DNA of 25,034 bases from a virus (IMGVR_UViG_3300032232_000699:1-25034), one strand, 5' to 3'. Counted from the first letter of the stretch, positions 1 to 8,571 are shown. The notes: a model not told the origin generated them from the sequence alone. Translations and numbers: made by a program.

Positions 1-1151
1 CCATTACCAGCTTTAGTTAGTTTGTTTAATGCTACATATCTAAGTGCATCAAGGCTATGATTGTACTTATCAATAGGCTTTTTTGTTTCTGCCCCGTCTT
101 GGGTTTCCCATCTGTAATTGCGGAGCTCGTTAATCATATTCAAACTTCGTTGCGTAACGTTCAGTTTGTAGTCTTGTAGTATGTTGATTGAGTGCCTAAT
201 ACTATCTGCACCTTTTTTGGCAGGAAAAGTATTTGCATAACCGCCTATTCTTATTTCACTAATGCTTTTAGGTTCTGCTGAATCAGCAATAATTGATATA
301 TCTTGCCTTACGCCTAAATCTGTTAATCTTTGAACTATTGCCTGATTAGTTAATTTGGTTTCATAAATCAATTCATCTGCGTAAATTTCGCCATTAAAAC
401 GATATACAGCCACTAATGTTGTAGGGTCTGCCGTAAAACCGAAATCCATTCCATAAGCCAATAACTCTGCATCCTTTGGTATTTCCTCACATTGCGTAAA
501 TTGGAATATAGTACCTTGTAATGAACCTAATAAACCTAAACCGTAAACCTTAAACCAATTATCCCAAAAAGGAGATGTTTCTGCTTTTACTTTGGCATTT
601 AGAATGAAATCAATTGCAGACTGAGGACAAGCCTCATTATCTAAATAGTTGATTGTAATAAAATCAACATTGCTATCATTTTGTATTTCAGTATGAAACC
701 AAAATTCATTTGTAGGATTCCAGTCTAAATAGATGCCTTGCTTTGTCCTCATTGCAAGTTCATTATAAGCAGCAAATGAAATATTGTTGCACTCATTCAT
801 ATAAAGATAATCACGCCTTGCACCTCTTAACTTAGCATCAACATCGGCGGAGAAAAACTCAATCATTGAGCCATTAGCAAAAGTATATTTAAAGTCTGAG
901 GCGTTCCAGCGAGTGTCAACCCAACGACCAGTATCGGACATTATCTTTTTAAAGTCTTTAATGCATCCACGTTTAAGATGTGGGATTGATTCAGCAACTA
1001 CGCTTATGTCTGTTTGTGGTGTTTTAGCAGCGATGTTTATAAGGATGGGTAATATTGCGTATGTTTTACCCGCCGAAGTTCCCCCTTGCACACCTCGAAC
1101 AAATTTAGTTAGTTTGAGGATTTTGTTTATTGCTGTGGTGCGTATGAACAT
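1..1151 (-). CDS. terL: Terminase large subunit, PBSX family (3' end runs off the window)
   Basis: Not in the ORF track; ends translated by hand. ATG at 1151 gives MFIRTTAINKILKLTKFVRGVQGGTSAGKT (Walker A) and VVAESIPHLKRG. The same frame at the left edge reads PIDKYNHSLDALRY, the C-terminal nuclease motif. Confidence 0.95.
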   Translation of the reverse strand, partial: MFIRTTAINKILKLTKFVRGVQGGTSAGKTYAILPILINIAAKTPQTDISVVAESIPHLKRGCIKDFKKIMSDTGRWVDTRWNASDFKYTFANGSMIEFFSADVDAKLRGARRDYLYMNECNNISFAAYNELAMRTKQGIYLDWNPTNEFWFHTEIQNDSNVDFITINYLDNEACPQSAIDFILNAKVKAETSPFWDNWFKVYGLGLLGSLQGTIFQFTQCEEIPKDAELLAYGMDFGFTADPTTLVAVYRFNGEIYADELIYETKLTNQAIVQRLTDLGVRQDISIIADSAEPKSISEIRIGGYANTFPAKKGADSIRHSINILQDYKLNVTQRSLNMINELRNYRWETQDGAETKKPIDKYNHSLDALRYVALNKLTKAGN

Positions 1152-1153
1152 AC

Positions 1154-1282
1154 TTAAAAATCATACTTTTGATTTTCGGATTCTTGCCATAAGTCAACGC
1201 CTATACACTCATAATAAGTGTTGCCTATTTTAGCAATATCTCCAATTTTTGAAAATGCAATATGAAATGTCAATTTATTCAT
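1154..1282 (-). CDS. Small hypothetical protein (42 aa)
   Basis: Hand translation MNKLTFHIAFSKIGDIAKIGNTYYECIGVDLWQESENQKYDF*; fills the terS-terL gap and overlaps the terS stop. Confidence 0.6.
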   Translation of the reverse strand: MNKLTFHIAFSKIGDIAKIGNTYYECIGVDLWQESENQKYDF

Positions 1283-1679
1283 TTGGAAATAAAGGTTGTT
1301 CAACTATCTCGGTTTGCGTTTTCTCGACAAGGTTATTTAATCTTTGAGTGATAGATGGGTTGTATATCCCTGCCATTCCCCCCTCAATTTGGTCTTGTCG
1401 TATTAATTCTGTTATCGTGCGGCAGATTGTACGATATGATTCGTATGAGTTATCCGTATTGGCAAAATAATGATTGACTGTTTTGCCTTGCAATGTGGCA
1501 TAATTTCTAAACCCCTCGATAGTTAAAGGCTTTTCTTTTTCCCTTTCAACTTCTTTACCCATACCGCCAACCCAATCTTTAATAATAAAAGGCTTACTTT
1601 TAACAGCCACTTTGTAGTCGTTAAAAAGCTGCATTAAATCATCAGGTGTCGCTATTGCTTTAGGCTTTGACATACTCAT
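1275..1679 (-). CDS. terS: Terminase small subunit (gp3-like DNA packaging protein)
   Basis: KPLTIEGF and IRQDQIEGGMAGIYNPSITQRLN motifs; lies just upstream of terL. Confidence 0.85.
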   Translation of the reverse strand: MSMSKPKAIATPDDLMQLFNDYKVAVKSKPFIIKDWVGGMGKEVEREKEKPLTIEGFRNYATLQGKTVNHYFANTDNSYESYRTICRTITELIRQDQIEGGMAGIYNPSITQRLNNLVEKTQTEIVEQPLFPNE

Positions 1680-1908
1680 TTACTTTTTCAAATACAAATT
1701 TAACCAGCTTATTCACGCAGTCTTGACAACCTTTAACGTGAACATCCAATTTAGGTGCGAATACGTGTGCAATTTCTTGCAGCATAATAACATCACTTTC
1801 GCTTGGGTGAACATCAATACCCATATCAACCCTTTCTTTTAAAAACTTATTTTCATCAATCCAAATCTGCTGAGGTGATGATAGTTCTTTTGAGATACTT
1901 TTCGCCAT
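1660..1908 (-). CDS. Hypothetical protein with CxxC motif
   Basis: 82 aa containing GCQDCV; overlaps both neighbours in the operon. Confidence 0.65.
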   Translation of the reverse strand: MAKSISKELSSPQQIWIDENKFLKERVDMGIDVHPSESDVIMLQEIAHVFAPKLDVHVKGCQDCVNKLVKFVFEKVNEYVKA

Positions 1909-2359
1909 TTTCTTTTATTATTTTTTTTGTTAATTCAAATGTTCTTCTAAGAGAATAATATGGAATATCTGTTTTATCTGATAATTTAGTAATTGTTGCT
2001 ATGTTCACATCTGTTACTTGTTGTGCAACCTTTGCTTTATACCAATAATCTTTCTCTAACCTATCAAAATCTATGCTTATCTCCTCATATTCGCCATTTT
2101 GCTCTACATCTAAGGTGTTTATATCAACCTCATATTTTAATGCCTTAATTTCATCTCTGAACAAATTTAGGCAAACTAAGAAAAAATATGCTTCAAGTTT
2201 ATTATTTTTTTCAAGTTCGATTATAAACTCATTTCCTTTCTCCAATATTTTCAAAGATGCCTGTTGTTTTATATCGTCAATATTGCAACACCTATTTTTT
2301 TTAAGGAATAAATCTGCTTTAGTTGTTTCATAAAGTTTTTTGAATATTGCTTCAATCAC
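1856..2359 (-). CDS. Putative ECF/sigma-70-like transcription factor (late activator candidate)
   Basis: DDIKQQASLKIL...AYFFLVCLNLFRD resembles sigma region 2; C-terminal HTH-like ITKLSDKTDIPYYSLRRT resembles region 4; GTG start; upstream of packaging genes. Confidence 0.6.
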   Translation of the reverse strand: MIEAIFKKLYETTKADLFLKKNRCCNIDDIKQQASLKILEKGNEFIIELEKNNKLEAYFFLVCLNLFRDEIKALKYEVDINTLDVEQNGEYEEISIDFDRLEKDYWYKAKVAQQVTDVNIATITKLSDKTDIPYYSLRRTFELTKKIIKENGEKYLKRTIITSADLD

Positions 2360-2363
2360 TTGA

Positions 2364-2396
2364 CAAAACTAAATATAATTTTTTTAAACTGCCAAA
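2364..2396 (-). promoter_or_regulatory. Bacteroidota-type housekeeping promoter for the sigma-like gene
   Basis: Minus strand TTTG (2393-2396), 21-nt spacer, TAGTTTTG (2364-2371); matches the -33/-7 consensus TTTG-N19-21-TAnnTTTG. Confidence 0.65.
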
Positions 2397-2402
2397 AAAA
2401 AA

Positions 2403-2676
2403 TAACTCATTATAAATCAACAAAGTAACATTAGTAACATCAAAGTAACAGATAAAACACTACTTAACTAATTGATTTTCAAAAAAGTAACAAAGTAACA
2501 CGATTTTAGCAGTAAATAAGTAATAAACTAATATTATATAATAATAATAAGTATTTATATTTCTATATGTTTTCTGTTACTTTGTTACTTTGGTGCTGAA
2601 ACCCTTGCTATCATTGAGAAGTAAAGTAACATTGTGTTGTTACTTTGTTGTTACTTTGGCGTTATTTTGTTACTTT
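2403..2676. repeat. Iteron-like repeat cluster, putative replication origin
   Basis: About 10 exact copies of AAAGTAACA or its complement TGTTACTTT (2422, 2442, 2484, 2492, 2575, 2583, 2623, 2638, 2649, 2668) plus degenerate copies, around an AT-rich core (~2511-2570), directly downstream of the primase-helicase. Confidence 0.75.
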
Positions 2677-2682
2677 GGTAAT

Positions 2683-2703
2683 AAAAAAACCCCTCTTGGG
2701 GTT
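2683..2703 (-). terminator. Intrinsic terminator after the primase
   Basis: AACCCC-TCTT-GGGGTT hairpin with a T-tract on the minus strand, at the primase stop codon. Confidence 0.7.
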
Positions 2704-4969
2704 AAATTAGCTTTTCATAAATGCCTCTTTCTGTCTGTTTAAATAGTTCTTTTTTCCTACTTAGCCAGACTTTAAACACCGCAGCTTTAATTTTGTTACT
2801 TTCAGCTATTTCAATTCCTTTAGCTGTTGTGAATATATTAGGGAGCTGATTGTAAATATTTAAGTAAGCACCTTGTAATGTATCAATAGGGCTTTCAGGT
2901 GAAAGTATCTTTAATGCTTTTTGCATATTGCCAAAAAAGTATTCAGTTAATCTAATTGCTCGCTCCATACAATCCTGCTCAATTATTTCAGAACGAAACC
3001 GCCCATCTTTAATAACTTGAATAATCAAAGCAAATCTCAAACAATAAGATTGATATTTTGCAACGATACCTTTTACCGAATCACTAGTTGCCCTATTATA
3101 ATATAAATTTTTATAGTCGTGCCACGCTTTATATAGTTCAAACGCTTCATTAGATAGTGTGTAATGGCTTTTATTTTCATTTTGCCTATATTCTGTTAAG
3201 TCACTAAATAATTCATCAATTTTAGCTTTTAAATGTGATGGCTTGTAACGTTGTTCAAATGATGCTTTAGCTTGTGGCTCAGGGTAACAAAATAAAAATC
3301 TGTGATAGAAACCATTGTGAGCATTATCTCCTTTACTTAATATTTCTAAAACACCCGGTTGAATACCACCAACAACATTGCAGCTATAATCGCTTATCTT
3401 AGTTTCATCTCGGCTCATACGTTGCAACATAATACTTGAACCATCCCACATTTCAAGCCATTTCTGCAAATCATCACCTTGCTTATAAGCATTCATTCTA
3501 TTCATAAACCCTATTAACTCATCTGCAAGCATTACACAACCTTTGTTATTATATTGCAATACGTTAACAACTGTTTCAATAGTTGCATCGCTTATAATAT
3601 TTTGTTGAAGTGTTGGCTTAATTGGTTTAGTGTTTGCTTTTTTATCTTTTTCATAGTTACTTAATTCTTCGCTATATGCTGCAAGTTTAACTTTATGAGT
3701 TTTAAACATATCATTATCTGCTTGCTGTAGATGTTCAAATGCTATTTTCATTGCTGGTGACTTTGCACCTCCAGCGTGTGCAACTACTGCTAAGTATATA
3801 ATAGGCTTTAATTTGTATCCGTCTAAGGCTTCTAAAAAACAAGTATTGCCTATTGCAGTAGCTAAAGATGATAACATAAACGCTGCTATGTATTCGTGTT
3901 GAATATTATGGCAATTAATGTACTCTTGCACATACTCAGGGAATATATCATAAGGGAATTGTAATCGGTCTTTAATTACAGGCTGTTGAGTAATTGCCTT
4001 TTGTTTTAATTCAATGCCTATGCTGTCACAAAGCATAGTAATTTCTTCAATAGTTTTAATCCAATCACGTTTGTTTTTGTAGTAAATTATTCTACTAGGA
4101 GTTAATACCCAACTCTTATCCCCATTGCCTTTATTATCTGCCCAACTAGGGAAACCTGCAAGGGATGTTGTAAATAAAAGCACACGCTTAGACTTTGGAT
4201 AAACTTTTGCAGAATATTTACTTAATGATCCTTTTCTAAGGTATGCAACAAACTTATGTTCTTTACCATATCTGAAATCCCTTACCTTAAATAAAGACAA
4301 ATCATTAAGTAATTGCACAAAGTATTCATCAGGAATATTTGCATCAAAATTCAAGCAAGTTGTTTCATATTCTAATGGATACTGTACTGGCTCAAATGAT
4401 GCTGCATTATCTAGTTGTTTATATTCATTAAACAAAGCAGCAGTTGAAGCTAATAAATCATATTCTTCATCTGTTAGTTCTTCAATATCTTCAAATGAAT
4501 TATGAAACATATTATAACCAGAAGTTGGCGAACAATAAGAAAGTAAACCACCAGTATAAACTGCAATTACTTCGGCACCAGTTACGCTTGCAGCTATTGA
4601 AATTTTATGAGAAAGTTTAGGATAATTAAAATAAACGTGATAGCCTCCATTTCTTGTTGTTTCGATGCAAATCTTTCTTACTACATCTTCATTTGTTGCA
4701 GCAATAATGTTGAACCAGTCTTTAAAAACTAATTTATTTTCGGTGTTCTTTAAGTCAAAATCAAACGTTCCAAATGGTGCAAATAGTTTTATAGCTATTG
4801 CATTAGCATCGTTTATATGCTTTAGATATTGTTCTAAGTTATAGTTCTCTGCTGTTATTTCAGAGTGCTTAACTATGTGACTGATTGCAGTTTTTGTATT
4901 TGCATCCCATTGAATAGGGATAGGCTTCAAACCTAATTTAACGAGGTCGTGAAAATGATTGATGTCCAT
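2702..4969 (-). CDS. Bifunctional primase-polymerase (Prim-Pol) fused to DUF3987-type helicase/ATPase
   Basis: N-terminal AEP motifs FDFDLKN and ETTRNGGYHVY; C-terminal AGGAKS (Walker A-like), LADEL, LEMWDG, GGIQP, NGFYHRFL. Confidence 0.88.
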   Translation of the reverse strand: MDINHFHDLVKLGLKPIPIQWDANTKTAISHIVKHSEITAENYNLEQYLKHINDANAIAIKLFAPFGTFDFDLKNTENKLVFKDWFNIIAATNEDVVRKICIETTRNGGYHVYFNYPKLSHKISIAASVTGAEVIAVYTGGLLSYCSPTSGYNMFHNSFEDIEELTDEEYDLLASTAALFNEYKQLDNAASFEPVQYPLEYETTCLNFDANIPDEYFVQLLNDLSLFKVRDFRYGKEHKFVAYLRKGSLSKYSAKVYPKSKRVLLFTTSLAGFPSWADNKGNGDKSWVLTPSRIIYYKNKRDWIKTIEEITMLCDSIGIELKQKAITQQPVIKDRLQFPYDIFPEYVQEYINCHNIQHEYIAAFMLSSLATAIGNTCFLEALDGYKLKPIIYLAVVAHAGGAKSPAMKIAFEHLQQADNDMFKTHKVKLAAYSEELSNYEKDKKANTKPIKPTLQQNIISDATIETVVNVLQYNNKGCVMLADELIGFMNRMNAYKQGDDLQKWLEMWDGSSIMLQRMSRDETKISDYSCNVVGGIQPGVLEILSKGDNAHNGFYHRFLFCYPEPQAKASFEQRYKPSHLKAKIDELFSDLTEYRQNENKSHYTLSNEAFELYKAWHDYKNLYYNRATSDSVKGIVAKYQSYCLRFALIIQVIKDGRFRSEIIEQDCMERAIRLTEYFFGNMQKALKILSPESPIDTLQGAYLNIYNQLPNIFTTAKGIEIAESNKIKAAVFKVWLSRKKELFKQTERGIYEKLI

Positions 4970-4970
4970 A

Positions 4971-5174
4971 TTAAATTTTTAATTTTTTTGAAATAATATC
5001 GATATACTGATTTGCATCATTATCATTTTCAAAAATTCCTATTAAAAAATATTGAGGTTCAGATTTAACTGATAACGAATGAAGATTAGTTCTTATATAA
5101 TCTTCTAATCTTTCAATGTGAAAACACTTTTGCTTTAATGAGTAAAGCACTACTGATTTTTTAAATAATTCCAT
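4971..5174 (-). CDS. Hypothetical protein (67 aa)
   Basis: Abuts the primase start with a 1-nt gap. Confidence 0.7.
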   Translation of the reverse strand: MELFKKSVVLYSLKQKCFHIERLEDYIRTNLHSLSVKSEPQYFLIGIFENDNDANQYIDIISKKLKI

Positions 5175-5262
5175 AAAATAAAAAAGGCTCTCAGACTTAG
5201 GTGCTGTGGTAGTCGCTGCCTAAATCTTCGAGCCAAAAAGTTTAATTAATAATGCTACCACA
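5175..5262 (-). promoter_or_regulatory. Structured leader/attenuator candidate with terminator hairpin
   Basis: GGCTC/GAGCC (5186-5190/5230-5234) and AGACTTAGG/CCTAAATCT (5193-5201/5219-5227) stems, followed on the minus strand by a T-tract; loop TGTGGTAG (5205-5212) is complementary to CTACCACA (5255-5262). Confidence 0.6.
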
Positions 5263-5278
5263 CATTATAATATTGTTG

Positions 5279-5286
5279 CGAAGTTA
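5279..5286 (-). promoter_or_regulatory. Putative -7 promoter box for the primase leader
   Basis: Minus strand TAACTTCG, one mismatch to TAnnTTTG. Confidence 0.45.
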
Positions 5287-5292
5287 AGGTAA

Positions 5293-5922
5293 TTAAAAAA
5301 GTTCTTGTTGTATATTTTTTGTTTGATTAATAATTCCTCTTGCTGTGTTGAATATGGTTAAACCAGCTTCATAATCAACTAAATTTCGGGCAATCTTGTC
5401 AATCCTCTGTTCGCCTTTATATTGCTTAAAATCAAATCCGTGAAAAATACACCACTTTGTTACCTCATCTTTACTTTCCATAATTGCACATTGCCTTTCA
5501 TTCAAATTGTGTGGAAGTTTGAAATTACACCAATACAAATGTCTGCCTCTTTTTTGAGCTGGAATTAATGGCTCATAATATGGTATAACATTTTCTACTA
5601 CATATTTACCTTGAAACCAATTATCTAAAAAAACAATTTCCTCATACAATTTAAAGTCAGGATATTCAACAGATGTAGTTTCCCGCCTTGCAAATCTTGC
5701 TCTACTATGGCTTGGGCAAGGTGGAGAACTCCAAATGAAATCAAACTCATTAAAGTGTTCTAATAAATATTGATGTGCATCTGCAACTATTACAGTATCG
5801 TTTGGGAAACGTTCTTGATATAATCTTGCAGCTTCTTCATCTAATTCAACTGCTGTTACTTCGCAATCAGTCCACTTATATCGGTTACCACCTAAACAAG
5901 CGTATAAATTTAATACTTTCAT
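5293..5922 (-). CDS. DNA (cytosine-5)-methyltransferase, short phage type
   Basis: Motif I LNLYACLGG, catalytic motif IV SPPC, motif VI ENV. Confidence 0.88.
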   Translation of the reverse strand: MKVLNLYACLGGNRYKWTDCEVTAVELDEEAARLYQERFPNDTVIVADAHQYLLEHFNEFDFIWSSPPCPSHSRARFARRETTSVEYPDFKLYEEIVFLDNWFQGKYVVENVIPYYEPLIPAQKRGRHLYWCNFKLPHNLNERQCAIMESKDEVTKWCIFHGFDFKQYKGEQRIDKIARNLVDYEAGLTIFNTARGIINQTKNIQQELF

Positions 5923-6377
5923 AATTCTATCACTTTATCGTACAATTCAAAAAATTGTTCAGGTGTTGAAATGAACTCATAAATTCCACCAGCTGTTCGT
6001 TCTCGTTCTTGTTCTCTAAGTTGATACTCACTAGCTTTATCCTTGCCTATTTTAACCTCAATTTTCACACTTCGACCCTTTAAGGTTGCAGTTATATCAC
6101 TTGTACCTTTTCGAGTTGTAGATGGTATATAAGTGCCACCCCCTGCAATCTTATGACCTTGTGAATTCTTAGCTTCAATGTAACGACCTGCTGAACTTAT
6201 GCGAGTTGCGTTGCTACCAGTCCAGTTTAAGAAGTTGCAGATTAACTTAGTCAATCCATTAGCTGTTTTATACTTAGGCAAAGTTGGATTAGTATAATGC
6301 CCATCCCTAACAAAGTTGGGAGCAGTCCTTTGAGTTTTACTATAATGAGCTTCATTATAACGTTGTTTCCAATTCAT
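5919..6377 (-). CDS. VRR-NUC (PD-(D/E)xK) nuclease, possible Holliday junction resolvase
   Basis: KGTSDI...KIEVK...SEYQ...GGIY pattern. Confidence 0.82.
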   Translation of the reverse strand: MNWKQRYNEAHYSKTQRTAPNFVRDGHYTNPTLPKYKTANGLTKLICNFLNWTGSNATRISSAGRYIEAKNSQGHKIAGGGTYIPSTTRKGTSDITATLKGRSVKIEVKIGKDKASEYQLREQERERTAGGIYEFISTPEQFFELYDKVIEL

Positions 6378-6402
6378 AATTTTTGTTTTTTATTAAATTA
6401 AT

Positions 6403-6593
6403 TTAAGCAGCATATCTCGGATCATTTTTCCTATAAGGCATCGACAGTACCAATCTATAAAGAAACATTAGCAACGCTATGATTTTTATAATAACTAATC
6501 CAAGAAATACTTGTTTAGCGTGATTAATAATATTGTTTAAATTTTGTTATCACTCCGACAATCTCATATAAAAATATGAGTATTACTGCTTAA
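6403..6593 (-). ncRNA. Candidate structured RNA in an intergenic region
   Basis: The ends pair as a 10-bp stem (6403-6412 with 6584-6593, one G-U on the minus strand) and enclose several short hairpins. Confidence 0.3.
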
Positions 6594-6594
6594 T

Positions 6595-7338
6595 TTAATA
6601 TTTTTGTATTATTAGACTTTCATCTAATACTCTGCTTTCACTTGCCTTAGATGTGTTTAATGTTTTAAAATTACCTTTATAAATCCTTTGTGCCATTATT
6701 ATCATATAAGCAATTGGATTTCCAGTTAATGACTTTCTTTTGCATCTATCAATAAAGTAAATATAGCACTCACTTTTTACTTCATCCCAACCTTTAATTT
6801 TCATTTGTGAATCTATATTATCCCAACATTGTTGCAAATATTTTTCATTCCCACTAAGATAATATTTCTTTAAAAATTCACACTTAACTTTAGCAGCATT
6901 TACTTTTGCATCACCAAAAATTTTTTTCATTCCTTTACCCATTGGACAATTAGGAGATTTTATTTTTGTTGATATATAAAAAAGTTCATTATTTAACCAG
7001 CATAAATTTTCACAATTGCAATTTGTTGGGTCGTTATCTTTAAAATAAACCTTATTATATCCATTAGGCTGTTGTACAAATTCAGTTGCTATAATTGTTG
7101 CAAGTCCTACAGATTTACTATTTAAAGTAACTCTAATTTGTTTTCTTCCAGTTTTTTTATTGACTTTAATTTGGTTAGTCAATTTAACTCCTTTTTCATT
7201 CCAAACTTCACCACGTTTACTAATAAAATAATTAGGATATAAACTTGAACGAACAGCATAAGTAGGTATTACAAAATTTTGCTTTCTATATTCTTTAATT
7301 AATAATAAAGCATCTTGATATTGTTGATTTGTTATCAT
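6595..7338 (-). CDS. HNH-endonuclease-like protein with degenerate active site
   Basis: NUMOD4-like YPNYFISKRGEVWN; HNH-like VYFKDNDPTNCNCENLCW with Phe at the usual catalytic His position. Confidence 0.65.
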   Translation of the reverse strand: MITNQQYQDALLLIKEYRKQNFVIPTYAVRSSLYPNYFISKRGEVWNEKGVKLTNQIKVNKKTGRKQIRVTLNSKSVGLATIIATEFVQQPNGYNKVYFKDNDPTNCNCENLCWLNNELFYISTKIKSPNCPMGKGMKKIFGDAKVNAAKVKCEFLKKYYLSGNEKYLQQCWDNIDSQMKIKGWDEVKSECYIYFIDRCKRKSLTGNPIAYMIIMAQRIYKGNFKTLNTSKASESRVLDESLIIQKY

Positions 7339-7763
7339 TAAATAAATTTAAAAGTGAATGATGAATGATTACGTTTGCCGTTTGCACATTGTGCAATTGT
7401 TGTTCTACTAACTCCGAGTAGCGATGCAGCTTCTGAACCACTATCGTATATCTCAACTCCGCCATAGGTATCAGTTACTTTTACTTTTTTGCAGGATGAT
7501 TTGCCCCTGGTCGTTTGTTGCGATAATTTACTTTGTATTTCTTCGGCAAAGTTTTCAGACTTGTAAACAAAGCACCAACCTTTCGTTTGTTTAAACTTAC
7601 CTTGGCATACAAGATAAATACTTTCAACTGCTGCTTTGCAATGCTCAGCAGCGTGTGTAAGGCTTTCGAATTCGTGGTAAGTTTCTTTAGCTATCTTAAA
7701 TCCTATTACTTCAACTTTTCTCATACAATTGTTTTTTAAGGTTATTAACTTTGTTAAGTCCAT
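7338..7763 (-). CDS. Tandem NUMOD1 (IENR1) DNA-binding domain protein; true start may be MRKVEV (~7724)
   Basis: Two repeats: EFESLTHAAEHC..IYLVCQGK..KGWCFVY and IYDSGSEAASLLGV..IAQCANGK..FTFKF. Confidence 0.75.
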   Translation of the reverse strand: MDLTKLITLKNNCMRKVEVIGFKIAKETYHEFESLTHAAEHCKAAVESIYLVCQGKFKQTKGWCFVYKSENFAEEIQSKLSQQTTRGKSSCKKVKVTDTYGGVEIYDSGSEAASLLGVSRTTIAQCANGKRNHSSFTFKFI

Positions 7764-7950
7764 ATTCTATAACAGACTTTCTATAATTAGGATCATCAAA
7801 ATCAATCTTATCATCTTCATATAAAACATCTTCTAATTCATCAATTATCTGCTGTTTTTCTTTTGCTTTAGCTTGTTCTCCTACTTCGTTGCCATAATTT
7901 TCATTAACATATTGTTCTATTAACCATTCAACGGCTGTTTGTTTTTTCAT
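7711..7950 (-). CDS. Hypothetical phage protein
   Basis: MKKQTAVEWL...AKAKEKQQIID; this type of N-terminus recurs in small Bacteroidota phage proteins. Confidence 0.75.
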   Translation of the reverse strand: MKKQTAVEWLIEQYVNENYGNEVGEQAKAKEKQQIIDELEDVLYEDDKIDFDDPNYRKSVIEYGLNKVNNLKKQLYEKS

Positions 7951-7952
7951 TT

Positions 7953-8042
7953 TTAAAATTTATTGTGTAAATAATACCAAATCTTTTTTGCAAAGTATTT
8001 AGTTGTTTCCCAAACTAATATTGCAGTTATAAAATAAATCAT
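7953..8042 (-). CDS. Small hydrophobic protein (29 aa)
   Basis: Hand translation MIYFITAILVWETTKYFAKKIWYYLHNKF*; ATGA overlap with the upstream stop; fills the gap. Confidence 0.55.
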   Translation of the reverse strand: MIYFITAILVWETTKYFAKKIWYYLHNKF

Positions 8043-8251
8043 ACTTTAGTTTTATCGCAGTTTTCTCCTTTGTAAAAATGTTTATTTTGTCGGTTGAGAA
8101 CAGTTCCATTAATGGGATATAGTTTCTCCATTTCTTGCTCAGTTATGCCACCGTTTATTTGCCATAAACCCACTCCTTTTGAAATTAAGAAAGGCGTTTC
8201 GTTTCTGATTTGTTTGTGCTGGATGAATTTAGTAATTGTTAGCATCTTCAA
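8039..8251 (-). CDS. Hypothetical protein (70 aa)
   Basis: ORF tiled within the leftward operon. Confidence 0.65.
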   Translation of the reverse strand: MKMLTITKFIQHKQIRNETPFLISKGVGLWQINGGITEQEMEKLYPINGTVLNRQNKHFYKGENCDKTKV

Positions 8252-8549
8252 TATTTATAGGGTTAATAATACTTTTAACTAATCCACGATTTTTAAAACT
8301 GTTAACTAGCTGCTGCACTTCAATAACTGCTTCAGGTGAATAAATCATTGCATCTATTAACTCACCAAGTAACTGATAGCGTTCTTGTTGTATCAAATCG
8401 CACCAAGTAGGGTAATCTTCAACATTGCTATCGTCAATGTTAAACTCTAATCCGTCAACCCCTTGATACTTGTTAGCAGATACTTTATTTAGTGGCTCGT
8501 TTGTTTCTAAAAAATCAATCTTGACTTTCGCTTTGTAATACTTTGTCAT
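8229..8549 (-). CDS. Hypothetical protein (106 aa), first gene of the leftward operon
   Basis: ATG just downstream of a consensus promoter. Confidence 0.75.
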   Translation of the reverse strand: MTKYYKAKVKIDFLETNEPLNKVSANKYQGVDGLEFNIDDSNVEDYPTWCDLIQQERYQLLGELIDAMIYSPEAVIEVQQLVNSFKNRGLVKSIINPINIEDANNY

Positions 8550-8571
8550 TGTTTAAAATTTTGTTGAAATG

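Noticed and set aside
913-1233. 106-aa + strand ORF
   Set aside because: Antisense shadow of terL, which has clear motifs on the minus strand.
2421-2676. Repeats as a possible CRISPR or mini-array
   Set aside because: Units are only 9 bp, irregularly spaced and in both orientations; this fits iterons, not CRISPR.
5293-6377. Methyltransferase plus nuclease as a restriction-modification system
   Set aside because: VRR-NUC proteins are typically junction-resolving enzymes, and orphan methyltransferases are common in phage replication modules.
6403-6593. tmRNA, tRNA or group I intron call
   Set aside because: I could not see a tRNA-like acceptor/T-arm or an intron core, and no gene is interrupted; kept only as an unnamed candidate.
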